From the NCBI GenBank assembly GCA_964541555.1, contig CAZIQQ010000001.1, forward strand, positions 9,224 to 58,123: a stretch of DNA of 48,900 nucleotides, written 5' to 3'. A program made the translations under genes and the position numbers. Under the pieces are notes generated by a model that did no database searches, had not been told where the DNA came from, and saw only the letters and a program-made list of their open reading frames with translations. The DNA comes from an uncultured Bifidobacterium sp. (GTDB lineage: Bacteria > Actinomycetota > Thermoleophilia > Miltoncostaeales > Miltoncostaeaceae). This document shows positions 24,945 through 34,015 of this stretch, in pieces (within the stretch, counting starts at the first letter, position 1; every line of letters begins with the position of its first letter).

Positions 24945-25256
24945 ATGGAACTCATGACCCCCCAGCAGGCCAAGGCGGCGATGGACGCCGGCACCGCCGT
25001 CATCATCGACGTCCGCGAGGACGACGAGCTGGCCCAGGCGGCCATCCCGGGCGCCGTGCACATCCCCATGGGCGATCTTCTCGACCGCCTGCCCGAGGTG
25101 CCCCGCGATCGCACGGTGATCTTCAGCTGCCACAGCGGTGGCCGCTCGGAGAACGTGTGCCGCTACCTCGAGGAGAACGAGGGCTTCTCGGGCCTGGTCA
25201 ACCTGGAGGGCGGCATCGTCGCCTGGAGCCAGGCGGGCCTGCCCATCTCTCAGTAG
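24945..25256 (+). CDS. Single-domain rhodanese-like sulfurtransferase
   Basis: 103 aa with an active-site loop FSCHSGGRS (CxxGxR). Confidence 0.85.
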   Translation: MELMTPQQAKAAMDAGTAVIIDVREDDELAQAAIPGAVHIPMGDLLDRLPEVPRDRTVIFSCHSGGRSENVCRYLEENEGFSGLVNLEGGIVAWSQAGLPISQ

Positions 25257-26341
25257 CGCTTCACCACGCGGTAGAGGGTGTCGCGCTGCACAGCGCGGCG
25301 GCCCGTGGCCTCGATGGCCTCGACCATGCGCGGGGTGTCGAGGGTGAACTGGGTGCCGGCGGCGCGCACCACGTTCTCCTCGATCATGATCGAGCCCATG
25401 TCGTCGCACCCGGCCTCGAGGGCCAGCATGCCGATGCGCAGGCCCTGGGTGACCCACGACGACTGCATGTGCGGCAGGTTGTCGAGGTACAGGCGTGCCA
25501 CGGCGTTCATCAGCAGGTAGTCGGCCGCCGTGAGGCCCAGGTGGTCGTCGCCGCGCGCCGAGCAGCCCCCGGGCTGGTACGACCAGCAGGCGAACGCCCT
25601 GAATCCGCCGGTCTCATCCTGCAGTTCGCGCAGCACGCGCAGGTGCTCGATGCGGTCGTCGACGGTGTCGACGGTGCCGTACATCATCGTGGCGCTGGTT
25701 GACAGCCCTCGCAGGTGAGCCTCGCGCATCACGCCGATCCACTCCGCCGTGGTGGTCTTGCGGGGCGCGATGACGTCGCGCACGCGGTCGACGAGGATCT
25801 CCGCGCCGCCCCCGGGGATGGAGTCGAGCCCGGCGGCGACGAGCCGGTCGAGCACCTCGCCCAGGTCGAGCTTCGAGTAGTGGGCGATGTGCAGCACCTC
25901 GCTGGGCGAGAGCGCATGCAGGTGGATCGGATACCGGCGCTTGATGTCGCGGAAGAGGTCCTCGTACCACTCGATGCGCAGGTTCGGGTGGTGCCCGCCC
26001 TGCATCAGCAGCGCCGTGCCCCCCAGGTCGAGGGTCTCCTCGATCTTCCGGAAGATCACCGGCTTGCTCAGCACGTACCCCTCGGGGTCGCGCGGATGGC
26101 GGTAGAAGGCGCAGAAGTCGCAGTCGGTGACGCAGAAGTTGGTGTAGTTGACGTTCCGGTCGATGACGAAGGTGACCTCGTCCGGGTTGGTCACGCGGTC
26201 GCGGGCACGCCGTGCGGCGGCGGCCACCGCCACCACGTCGCGCGACTCCAGCAGTGCCCGGGCGCCGTCGTCGTCCAGGCGCTCGCCGGCGTCGAGGCGC
26301 TCGATCACCTCGAGGTGGCGGGTGGGCGTGACGGTGCTCAT
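25250..26341 (-). CDS. mqnC: Radical-SAM menaquinone (futalosine pathway) enzyme, MqnC-like; MqnE not excluded
   Basis: An ATG at 26341 gives MSTVTPTRH...FVIDRNVNYTNFCVTDCDFCAFYR (CxxxCxxC), GGHHP and a CofH/MqnC-type C-terminus. It has an ATGA overlap with mqnA. The remainder of the 559-aa track ORF is an extension over mqnA. Confidence 0.8.
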   Translation of the reverse strand: MSTVTPTRHLEVIERLDAGERLDDDGARALLESRDVVAVAAAARRARDRVTNPDEVTFVIDRNVNYTNFCVTDCDFCAFYRHPRDPEGYVLSKPVIFRKIEETLDLGGTALLMQGGHHPNLRIEWYEDLFRDIKRRYPIHLHALSPSEVLHIAHYSKLDLGEVLDRLVAAGLDSIPGGGAEILVDRVRDVIAPRKTTTAEWIGVMREAHLRGLSTSATMMYGTVDTVDDRIEHLRVLRELQDETGGFRAFACWSYQPGGCSARGDDHLGLTAADYLLMNAVARLYLDNLPHMQSSWVTQGLRIGMLALEAGCDDMGSIMIEENVVRAAGTQFTLDTPRMVEAIEATGRRAVQRDTLYRVVKRY

Positions 26342-27150
26342 GCGGCCAGTGCCTCCAGCGCCGGGACGTCCTGCAGCTCGCCGGCGCGGCGCGCCAGCTC
26401 GAGGAAGCGCGCCAGCCCGGCGCGCTCGGCGTCGCCGAACCCGTAGCGCAGGTGCTGCAGGTACCCGCGGATGTAGCGCTCGTCGAACGGGAACCGCTGG
26501 GCGGCCACGTGCGCGATGCCCGTGGGGTCGTCGCGGAAGGCGTGGCCGGCGTCGGCGATGGCCGCGCACAGGGTGGCCACCTCGGCCATCCGCGACACCG
26601 CGGCGTCGTCGCGCACGGCCCACACGGCGAACACCATGGGCAGCCCCGTGCGCTGCTGCCAGGCCTCGCCGAGGTCGATGGAGTGGCGGGCCAGCCCGTC
26701 GCGGTGGGCCAGCAGGGCGGCGTCGGCGATGAGCAGCACCGCCTCGCCGGCCGCGATGGCGTCTGGTGCGTCGTCGTCGTTCGCCATGACCCGGAACGGA
26801 ACGTCGGGGCCCAGCAGCACCCGCAGCAGGGTGACGCTGCTGGCGCTGTGGGGCGTTACCGCCACGCGCGTCACCTGGTCGATCGGCACCTGCGAGAACA
26901 GGCGGATCGAGTCGACGGCGCCCTCGCACGCGATGCAGCCCACCGGCAGCAGCCGCAGGCGGTCGGCATTTCGCGCGTAGGCGATGCTGGACATCGCGGA
27001 GACGTCGAGCGATCCGTCGAGCATGGCGGCGTTGAGCCTGGACGGCAGGCCATCGGTGAAGGTGACGCCGGGCAGGTGCGCCTGCTCGAGGTGGTGGTAC
27101 ACCGGGAACATGTTGAGGGCGCTGATGCGTCCCACGCGGAGATCGCTCAT
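26338..27150 (-). CDS. mqnA: Chorismate dehydratase MqnA-like (periplasmic-binding-protein fold, futalosine pathway)
   Basis: An ATG at 27150 gives MSDLRVGRISALNMFPVYHHL...LDVSAMSSIAY...GLPMVFAVWAV, the pattern of the MqnA/MqnD family. It has ATGA overlaps on both sides. Confidence 0.75.
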   Translation of the reverse strand: MSDLRVGRISALNMFPVYHHLEQAHLPGVTFTDGLPSRLNAAMLDGSLDVSAMSSIAYARNADRLRLLPVGCIACEGAVDSIRLFSQVPIDQVTRVAVTPHSASSVTLLRVLLGPDVPFRVMANDDDAPDAIAAGEAVLLIADAALLAHRDGLARHSIDLGEAWQQRTGLPMVFAVWAVRDDAAVSRMAEVATLCAAIADAGHAFRDDPTGIAHVAAQRFPFDERYIRGYLQHLRYGFGDAERAGLARFLELARRAGELQDVPALEALAA

Positions 27151-27608
27151 CGCGCCACCGCCACCGCGCCCACGGCGGCCGCCAGGCGGTCGGGGTCGGC
27201 GTCGTCGTCCTGCGGGATCACCCATTCGTCGGCGCCGAACGACACGGCCACCTGGCATGCCGGGCCACCCAGCGCGCGCCAGTGCGGCCTGATCGCCACG
27301 TCGGGCAGCACCCGCCGCGCGACGGCGGTCACCAGCAGGTCCTCGTTGCCCCACGATCCGGGCCGCTCGGCGGAGTCGTCACCCGGCACCAGCTGCACGG
27401 CCCGCACGCCCGACGTGTCGTGGGCGACGGCGAGCAGCTGGTCTGCCACCTGGGCAGGTGTGGTTCCGGCGCCGTAGCGCAGCTCCACGACCCCGTCGGC
27501 ATCGACGGGCTCGCGCATCCAGCCGACCTCTGCCGGCGCCGCGATTCCCCCGGCCGCCGCCAGTGGGTCGCGTGCCTCGAGCATGGCGATGATCTCGTCG
27601 CGCGTCAT
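27147..27608 (-). CDS. Hypothetical 153-aa protein resembling only the C-terminal third of MqnC/MqnE/CofH radical-SAM enzymes
   Basis: An ATG at 27608. VVELRYGAGTTPAQVADQLLAVAHDTSGVRAVQLVP...DLLVTAVARRVLPDVAIRPHWRALGGPACQVAVSFGADEWV aligns by eye with MMYGTVDTVDDRIEHLRVLRELQDETGGFRAF...LLMNAVARLYLDNLPHMQSSWVTQGLRIGMLALEAGCDDMG of the neighbouring MqnC. There is no CxxxCxxC. Confidence 0.65.
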   Translation of the reverse strand: MTRDEIIAMLEARDPLAAAGGIAAPAEVGWMREPVDADGVVELRYGAGTTPAQVADQLLAVAHDTSGVRAVQLVPGDDSAERPGSWGNEDLLVTAVARRVLPDVAIRPHWRALGGPACQVAVSFGADEWVIPQDDDADPDRLAAAVGAVAVAR

Positions 27609-28576
27609 GCGTACCTGTCCACCATTCCCGCGGCGATCACCCGCAGGGCGTCGGCGTCTGCTCCGCCGATGTCGCCGTCGAGCGACGTCACGGCGCGCTC
27701 GACCTCGTCGAACGCCCACTGACGGGCCGCGGCCGTGCCGGGGTGCGCTGCCAGGCGGTCGCACAGGGCCTCGAGCCCCTCGCCACCCGCCGCCACGCGG
27801 CCGATCTCGTTGCCCAGCGTGGGCTCGAGGGCGATCGCGAGTATCTGCGGCAGCGTGACGGTGCCGCTGAGGATGTCCGTGCCGCGGCGCTTGCCGGTGT
27901 CGGACGGCGACCCGGCGAGGTCGAGGATGTCATCGAGTATCTGGAAGGCCACGCCCACGTGGGTGCCGAACGACGCCAGGCGAAGCTGGGCCTCGTCCGA
28001 GCCGCCCGACAGCAGCGCGCCCAGGCGGCAGGCCACGGCGAACAGCGCGCCGGTCTTGCGGCGGCACCGCGCCATGTAGGCATCCACCGGCAGGCCCAGG
28101 TCGCCCGACGCCCGCTGCTGGTCCATCTCGCCGCGCGCCAGGTCGAGCGAGGCATCGGCCAGGGCGCTGACGGCTGCCGGCGACCCCACGCGCGTCAGCT
28201 CGGCGAATGCGCGCGCGAAGAGGAAGTCGCCCACGTTGATGGCGGCGTCCGCGCCGTGCGCCCTCGCCACCGTGGGGTGGCCGCGACGCGTGGTGGCGCC
28301 GTCGATCAGGTCGTCGTGCACCAGCGTCGCCATGTGCACCAGCTCCACTGCGGCGGCTGCGCTGACCAGGGGCAGGCGGTAGTCCTCGGTGCGCGATGAG
28401 CAGCAGAACAGCATCATCGGGCGCACGCGCTTGCCGCCCGCCACCAGGGTGTCCATGGCCGGACCCGAGACGTCGGGCACGTGGCCGCCGGCGAAGCGGC
28501 CGAGCATCTCCTCGCACTGGGTCATCCAGGGCTGGAAGGGGCGTACGAAGTCGAGGACGGGGGGTGCCGTGGTCAT
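27605..28576 (-). CDS. Long-chain polyprenyl diphosphate synthase (hepta/octaprenyl type)
   Basis: First Asp-rich motif LVHDDLIDGATTRRG, second FQILDDILD, plus GKRVRP and GDFLFARAF. Confidence 0.9.
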   Translation of the reverse strand: MTTAPPVLDFVRPFQPWMTQCEEMLGRFAGGHVPDVSGPAMDTLVAGGKRVRPMMLFCCSSRTEDYRLPLVSAAAAVELVHMATLVHDDLIDGATTRRGHPTVARAHGADAAINVGDFLFARAFAELTRVGSPAAVSALADASLDLARGEMDQQRASGDLGLPVDAYMARCRRKTGALFAVACRLGALLSGGSDEAQLRLASFGTHVGVAFQILDDILDLAGSPSDTGKRRGTDILSGTVTLPQILAIALEPTLGNEIGRVAAGGEGLEALCDRLAAHPGTAAARQWAFDEVERAVTSLDGDIGGADADALRVIAAGMVDRYA

Positions 28577-29262
28577 GCCACGACCCCGTGGTGGAGGGTG
28601 GCCACACCGCCACCGAACCTGCGCCAGCGGATGTCCCGGAGGCCGGCGGCGCTCATGATGGCCGCCATGTCTGCCGGCGCCGGTACCCCCTCGACGGTGT
28701 CCGCCAGGTGACGGAAGGCGTCCCTGTCGCCACCGAGCGCGCCGCCCACCAGCGGGGTGGCGAAGCGCAGCACGCGGCCGTGCACTCCGCGCAGCCTGTC
28801 GGGCGGCGTGATCTCCAGGATCACCACGCGACCCCCGGGACGCACCACTCGCACCATCTCGGCCACTCCCCGCGCCGGGTCATCGAGGCTCCTCAGCCCC
28901 CCCGATGCGGTGGCGGCGTCGAACTCGTCGTCGGCGAAGGGCATCGACGTGCAGTCGGCCACCTCGAACCGGCATGGGCGATGCGATGCGGCTGCCTTCA
29001 CCCGTGCCCGGGCGATCATCTCGGGGGAGTGGTCCACGCCCACCACGCGCCCCAGGGGCGTGACGCGGTCGGCCAGCATGAGCGCCAGGTCGCCGGTGCC
29101 GGTGTAGGCGTCGACGGCCGACTGCCCGGCGCTGAGGTCGGCTGCCTCGGCCGCCGCCCGGCGCCAGCGGTCGCCCATTCCGAGGGTCATCAGCCCGCTC
29201 ACCAGGTCGTAGCGCGGCGCGATGGTGTCGAACGCCCGGCGATCGAGGGCAGCCGTGGTCAT
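28573..29262 (-). CDS. menG: Demethylmenaquinone methyltransferase (UbiE/MenG family)
   Basis: An ATG at 29262 gives MTTAALDRRAFDTIAPRYDLVSGLMTLGMGDRWRR...VDAYTGTGDLA (SAM motif I)...GGRVVILE. It has ATGA overlaps on both sides. Confidence 0.85.
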   Translation of the reverse strand: MTTAALDRRAFDTIAPRYDLVSGLMTLGMGDRWRRAAAEAADLSAGQSAVDAYTGTGDLALMLADRVTPLGRVVGVDHSPEMIARARVKAAASHRPCRFEVADCTSMPFADDEFDAATASGGLRSLDDPARGVAEMVRVVRPGGRVVILEITPPDRLRGVHGRVLRFATPLVGGALGGDRDAFRHLADTVEGVPAPADMAAIMSAAGLRDIRWRRFGGGVATLHHGVVA

Positions 29263-29897
29263 GAGTCGGCCCCCGGCAGCACGCCCGCCACGTCGGGCTG
29301 GCCCCAGCGGGGGAACAGCGAGTGATCGATGCGCATCACGTCGAGCGCCTTGCCCACCACGAAGTCGACCATGTCCTCGATGGTCTCGGGCATGGTGTAC
29401 AGCCCGGGTGAGGCCGGCAGCACCACGCCGCCCGCCTCGGTGACGGCGACCATGTTGCGAAGCTGGATGAGCGAAACGGGGGTCTCGCGCGGGATGAGCA
29501 CCAGCGTGCCGCGTTCCTTCAGCATCACCTCTGCCACGCGGTGGATCAGGTTGTCCCCGGTGCCGGTGGCGATGCGCCCCAGGGTCGAGGTGGAGCAGGG
29601 GGCCACGAGGGCCATCCGGGCGCCGGCCGATCCCGATGCGAAGGAGCAGGCGATGTCGTCGCCCGCCAGCAGGTCCACGGCCCCCGGCGAGCGCGCGAAC
29701 ATTGTGGTGAAGCGCTCTGCGACATCGCGGTAGGAATGCGGCCTCGGACCCTCGCCGAGCACCTCGTGGCTGATGACCCGCGCGCCGGCATCCGACACGC
29801 ACAGGCCCACGTGGTGACCGGCCTCGGTCAGCGCTGCGAGGGCCCGCCCCCCGTAGAGGGCGCCGCTCGCTCCGGTTACCCCCAGGAAGATCCTCAT
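29259..29897 (-). CDS. ubiX: UbiX-family flavin prenyltransferase
   Basis: An ATG at 29897 gives MRIFLGVTGASGALYG...APCSTSTLGRIATG...LVLIPRETP. Confidence 0.88.
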   Translation of the reverse strand: MRIFLGVTGASGALYGGRALAALTEAGHHVGLCVSDAGARVISHEVLGEGPRPHSYRDVAERFTTMFARSPGAVDLLAGDDIACSFASGSAGARMALVAPCSTSTLGRIATGTGDNLIHRVAEVMLKERGTLVLIPRETPVSLIQLRNMVAVTEAGGVVLPASPGLYTMPETIEDMVDFVVGKALDVMRIDHSLFPRWGQPDVAGVLPGADS

Positions 29898-29923
29898 CGC
29901 CTTGTGATGGTAGACCCGCCCAG

Positions 29924-29960
29924 CCCCAAAACGGCCGGGGTCCCGCACTTGCGGGACCCC
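29924..29960 (-). terminator. Intrinsic terminator candidate after qcrC
   Basis: GGGGTCCCGC-ACTT-GCGGGACCCC is a perfect 10-bp stem (29937-29960). On the minus strand it is followed by GGCCGUUUUGGGG. Confidence 0.6.
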
Positions 29961-29991
29961 GTGAAAGACCGTTCGACAGGCGGGGAGTGGC

Positions 29992-30729
29992 CTACTTGTA
30001 CTTCGTCCCCAGCCCGTTGACGAAGGTGGCCAGCGCCTCGAGGTCGGCCGGCGGCAGCGATGCGTACGACGGCATCGGTGCCTTGGGCGCCTTGAACCAC
30101 GCCACCATCTTCGCGTTGTCCCATCCCTTGGCCCCCTCGTTCGTGAGGTCCGGCCCCGGTCCGGGGGCTCCGACGCCCGCCACCATGTGGCAACTGCCGC
30201 AGCCGTTGGCGATGTACACCGCCATGCCCTTCGTGGCCTCCTCGTCGAGGCCGCTCACGGGCAGGCCGCCCTTGGCGACACCGGCCGGCGAGTTGGCGCC
30301 CAGGTACGTCAGGTAGCAGAGCATGCCGGTCACGATGACCACGAGGCCCATGGCGAACGGCCTCTTCCAGATGCGCCGCTCGGGCCCACGGTCGATGAAC
30401 GGCCAGACCACCAGGAGGATGATCAGGATGTTCGGCACCATGAACGTGGCCATGATCACCGGGGTGAGCACATCCTGGTTGGCGAAGATCTTCAGGAGCT
30501 CGAAGGCGAAGTAGAAGTACCACTCCGGCCTCGGCACGAAGTCGGTGGTGGCCGGGTTCACCGGCTCGCCAACCTCCACCTTCACCACGATCGCGAGGAT
30601 GATGATGCTCACCAGCGTGAGGCCGGCGATGATGGTGTCCTTGAAGATCGCGTACGGGAAGAACGGCTTCCCGGTCTTCTTCGCGTTCGCGTAGTCCTTG
30701 TCGTATGCCCGCTTGTCGGCCGGCTTCAT
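29992..30729 (-). CDS. qcrC: Menaquinol:cytochrome c reductase b/c subunit (subunit-IV-like domain fused to a mono-heme cytochrome c)
   Basis: The N-terminal PetD-like part contains VPRPEWYFYFAFELLK and 3 TM segments. The C-terminal part has the CGSCH heme c motif and a distal MPSY Met. Confidence 0.85.
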   Translation of the reverse strand: MKPADKRAYDKDYANAKKTGKPFFPYAIFKDTIIAGLTLVSIIILAIVVKVEVGEPVNPATTDFVPRPEWYFYFAFELLKIFANQDVLTPVIMATFMVPNILIILLVVWPFIDRGPERRIWKRPFAMGLVVIVTGMLCYLTYLGANSPAGVAKGGLPVSGLDEEATKGMAVYIANGCGSCHMVAGVGAPGPGPDLTNEGAKGWDNAKMVAWFKAPKAPMPSYASLPPADLEALATFVNGLGTKYK

Positions 30730-31559
30730 CGTGCGGCCTCCTCGGCCTTCGCGGGCCAGGTCGCGGGGTAGTTCACGGCGCCGGGCAGCTCCTTCGCGCG
30801 CTCGCGCGCCGCCTTGCGCCTGGCGTCCTCCTCATCCCGCTCGATGCGGAGCCTGCGCTTCGACCACGGCGGCTCGGAGATGCCGAGGCGCACGATGAAG
30901 TACAGGTGCAGGCCTATGAAGGTGGCTATACCCGCTGGTATCACCAACATATGGATTGAATAGAAGCGGGATAGCGTGGATGGGCCGAACTCGGGGCCGG
31001 CGCGCAGGATGTCGCCGATGTACGGCCCCACGATCGGGGCGCTGGCGAAGATGTTCACCGCCACCACGGTCGCCCAGTAGGCCTTCTGGTCCCACACCAG
31101 CAGGTAGCCGGTGAGGCCCATGAACATGGTGAGCAGCAGCAGCATGGCACCCGTGACCCAGGTGAGCTCACGCGGGTACTTGTACGCGCCCCAGATGAAC
31201 ACACGCGCCATGTGCAGGAACACGATGATGATCATCACCGACGCGCCCCACTTGTGCATGCCACGCACGAGCCATCCCCACGTCACCTCCTCGGTGATGC
31301 GCTGGATGCTCTCGTAGGCGCCGCCGCGGGTGTCGGGCACGTAGTACATCGCCAGGATGATCCCGGTGATGGCCTGCATGCCGAAAACGACCATGGCGGT
31401 GAAGCCGAGCGTCTGGAACCAGCTGGTGCCCGCGGGAATGTTGCGGAAGAGGAACCAGCGCGTACCCGTCTTTACGCCGGTGCGCTCATCGACGTAGTCG
31501 ATGGTGCCCTCGGCGCCCTTCTGGACCGCGTTCTTCGGCCCGATGTCCTTTGTGGTCAA
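30726..31559 (-). CDS. qcrB: Cytochrome b6-type subunit of menaquinol:cytochrome c reductase
   Basis: WFQTLGFTAMVVFGMQAITGIILAMYY, VRGMHKWGASVMIIIVFLHMARVF, and a GYLLVWDQ / FYSIHMLVIP pattern providing the b-heme His ligands. This is the short (b6-like) form, with an ATGA overlap with qcrC. Confidence 0.9.
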   Translation of the reverse strand: MTTKDIGPKNAVQKGAEGTIDYVDERTGVKTGTRWFLFRNIPAGTSWFQTLGFTAMVVFGMQAITGIILAMYYVPDTRGGAYESIQRITEEVTWGWLVRGMHKWGASVMIIIVFLHMARVFIWGAYKYPRELTWVTGAMLLLLTMFMGLTGYLLVWDQKAYWATVVAVNIFASAPIVGPYIGDILRAGPEFGPSTLSRFYSIHMLVIPAGIATFIGLHLYFIVRLGISEPPWSKRRLRIERDEEDARRKAARERAKELPGAVNYPATWPAKAEEAAR

Positions 31560-31568
31560 CGCAGGCTC

Positions 31569-32438
31569 CTAGGTGAACGGGTAGAGATGGGAGAGGGTTC
31601 CCGACACCGGCATACCGGGGTCGTGCAGCGCGAAGGGCTGCTGCTCCTGATCGATCGAGTACGGCTTGCCGACCAGCACCCGCAGGTTCGGGTTGCTGCT
31701 CTTGGCGGCCACGGCCAGCGGCACGCGGTCCTTGCCGGCCTCCACCTGCTCGGGCGTGAAGCTCTTGCTCGAGTCGACGACCTTGATGTCCACGCGGTCG
31801 AGCGGACGCGGCGGCGGGCCGCCGGTCACGAGCCCGCGGGAGTCGTAGGCGCCACCGTGGCACGGGCACACGTAGCCGGCCGAGCCGGGCGAGTAGGCCA
31901 CCGGGCAGCCCAGGTGGGCGCAGCGGTTCCAGATGGCCAGCAGGTCGAAGTCGGCCGCGGTGAGGCCGGATGCCCACTTGGCGAACTTGGCCTCGTACAC
32001 CTTGGTGTCCTCGCCGGGGCTCGGCTGGGGCCTGGCGGAGGGGTCCTTCAGCCCATACACCACGTAGATGCGCCGGTCGGCGTCGGACGACGGGCCCGAC
32101 ACGGCAAGCGAGGCGACCTCGCCGATCTTCGTGCTGGGGGTCGGGTTGGTGTACGGCGGCGGGTTCTTCAGGTAGTCGCTGGCGGGGCCGATGTCGACCC
32201 AGCGGTAGTCCTCGGGCTTGAGCGGCGTGGTGACGGCGAAGCCGACCACGGGAACGAGGATCGCCGCGGTCAGCACTCCGCCGCCGGCGATGGCGACGTT
32301 GGAGAGGAACCGCGTGCGCGTGACGTAACCGGGATCGTCGGAGTGATCCGGCTCCGGCACGTAGTCGGCCGCGCGTGGGCCCGTGTAGGGACCGTCCTGC
32401 GTCCCGGGCGCGCCGCCGTTCGGCTCGTCCTCAGCCAC
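31569..32438 (-). CDS. qcrA: Rieske 2Fe-2S subunit of menaquinol:cytochrome c reductase
   Basis: CAHLGCPV and CPCHGGAYD Rieske boxes, with an N-terminal TM segment. It uses a GTG start at 32438 with GGAGG 5 nt upstream. Confidence 0.88.
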   Translation of the reverse strand: MAEDEPNGGAPGTQDGPYTGPRAADYVPEPDHSDDPGYVTRTRFLSNVAIAGGGVLTAAILVPVVGFAVTTPLKPEDYRWVDIGPASDYLKNPPPYTNPTPSTKIGEVASLAVSGPSSDADRRIYVVYGLKDPSARPQPSPGEDTKVYEAKFAKWASGLTAADFDLLAIWNRCAHLGCPVAYSPGSAGYVCPCHGGAYDSRGLVTGGPPPRPLDRVDIKVVDSSKSFTPEQVEAGKDRVPLAVAAKSSNPNLRVLVGKPYSIDQEQQPFALHDPGMPVSGTLSHLYPFT

Positions 32439-32535
32439 TCCAACCTCCGTAGACGTTCACTGGACCCGTGACAGTAACCGAGGGGAGGCGAACCCGGGCG
32501 GAAAGCCAGCGCAAATGGCGGAGATCGGGCCGGTT

Positions 32536-32554
32536 GTCCCCGTCCGGCGGGGAC
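32536..32554 (-). terminator. Hairpin GTCCCCG-N5-CGGGGAC downstream of ubiD
   Basis: A 7-bp stem 16 nt after the ubiD stop. There is no U tract. Confidence 0.35.
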
Positions 32555-32569
32555 GCCACGGCATGTCGG

Positions 32570-34015
32570 TCAGGCGGGCGGCAGCGGGATGCCGAATTCG
32601 GCCCAGCGGGCGCTCACGCGGTCGCGCATCTCGTCGGTCATGCGGATCTCGTCGGGCCAGGGCCTCACCTGGCCCTCGCCCTCCCACTTCGCCGTGGCGT
32701 CGAAGCCGATCTTGGCTCCATAGGCGGGATACGGGGCGGCATGGTCGAGCGCATCCACGGGGCCATCCACCACAAGGACATCCCGCTTGGGGTCGACGTT
32801 CGAGAACGCCCTGAACGCCACCTGCGAGACGTCGTGCACGTCGATGTCGCCATCCACCACGATGACGCACCGCGTGAGCGACAGCAGGCCGAGGCCCCAG
32901 ACGGCGTTGATGAGCTTCTTCGCGTGCCCGGGGTAGCGCTTGTGCACCGACACGATGGCGCAGTTGTGGAATACGCCCTCCAGCGGGAGGTTCATGTCCA
33001 CGAGGTCGGGCACGGTCATGCGGATGAGCGGGAGGAACAGGCGCTCGGTGGCCTTGCCAAGCCAGTAGTCCTCCATCGGGGGCATGCCGACGATGGTGGT
33101 GGAGTAGATGGCGTCGCGGCGCATGGTGAGCGCCGTCACGTGGAACGCCGGGTAGCGGTCGACCGGCGTGTAGAAGCCCGTGTGGTCGCCGAACGGGCCC
33201 TCGTCGCGGATGTCGTTCGCGTCGACGTAGCCCTCGAGGATCACCTCGGCATGTGCCGGCACCTCGATGTCCTGGCTCACGGCCTTCACCATCTCGACCC
33301 GGTCGCCGCGCAGGAAGCCCGCGAACATCATCTCGTCGAGTGCCGGCGGCAGGGGAGCGGTGGCCGAATAGGTGACCGCGGGGTCGGTGCCGATCGCCAC
33401 GGCAACCGGCACGCGGCCCTCTGAGTCGAGCAGGTGCTGGCGGCCGTCCTTGTGCACCTGCCAGTGCATCATGCAGGTGTTGCGATCGACCTTCTGCACG
33501 CGGTACATGCCGCAGTTGCGGGTGCCGGTGCGCGGGTCGTTGCTGAACACCAGGGGCAGGGTGACGAAGGGTCCGCCGTCGCCCGGCCAGCAGGTGAGGA
33601 TGGGCAGCCGGTCGAGGTCGACGTCGTCGCCCTGCAGCACGACCTCCTGGCATGGGCCCGACTTCACCGACTTGGTGCCCAGCGACGCGAGGTCCTTCAG
33701 CTTGCCGAGCGCCTTCACCTTGTCCATCAGCCCCTGCGGCGGCTGCATCTCGGCGATCTCCGCGATGCGACCGGCGATCTGGTCGAGGTCGTCGCCACCC
33801 AGGCCCATGGCCATGCGCCGCTCGCTGCCGAACTGGTTGATCAGCACCGGCAGGTCGGACCCCTTCACGTTGGTGAAGAGCACGGCGGGGCCGCCCGCCT
33901 TCATCACCCGGTCGGAGATCTCGGTGATCTCCAGGTGGGGGTCGACCTCGGCGTGCACCTCGACCAGCTCGCCGATGTCCCTGAGGGCCCTGATCCACTC
34001 GCGGAGGTCCTTCAT
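32570..34015 (-). CDS. ubiD: UbiD-family (prFMN-dependent) decarboxylase, menaquinone-associated type
   Basis: 481 aa, starting MKDLREWIRALRDIGELVEVHAEVDPHLEITEISDRV...GGPAVLFTNVKG. It is full-length UbiD-like and sits next to quinone genes. Confidence 0.9.
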   Translation of the reverse strand: MKDLREWIRALRDIGELVEVHAEVDPHLEITEISDRVMKAGGPAVLFTNVKGSDLPVLINQFGSERRMAMGLGGDDLDQIAGRIAEIAEMQPPQGLMDKVKALGKLKDLASLGTKSVKSGPCQEVVLQGDDVDLDRLPILTCWPGDGGPFVTLPLVFSNDPRTGTRNCGMYRVQKVDRNTCMMHWQVHKDGRQHLLDSEGRVPVAVAIGTDPAVTYSATAPLPPALDEMMFAGFLRGDRVEMVKAVSQDIEVPAHAEVILEGYVDANDIRDEGPFGDHTGFYTPVDRYPAFHVTALTMRRDAIYSTTIVGMPPMEDYWLGKATERLFLPLIRMTVPDLVDMNLPLEGVFHNCAIVSVHKRYPGHAKKLINAVWGLGLLSLTRCVIVVDGDIDVHDVSQVAFRAFSNVDPKRDVLVVDGPVDALDHAAPYPAYGAKIGFDATAKWEGEGQVRPWPDEIRMTDEMRDRVSARWAEFGIPLPPA

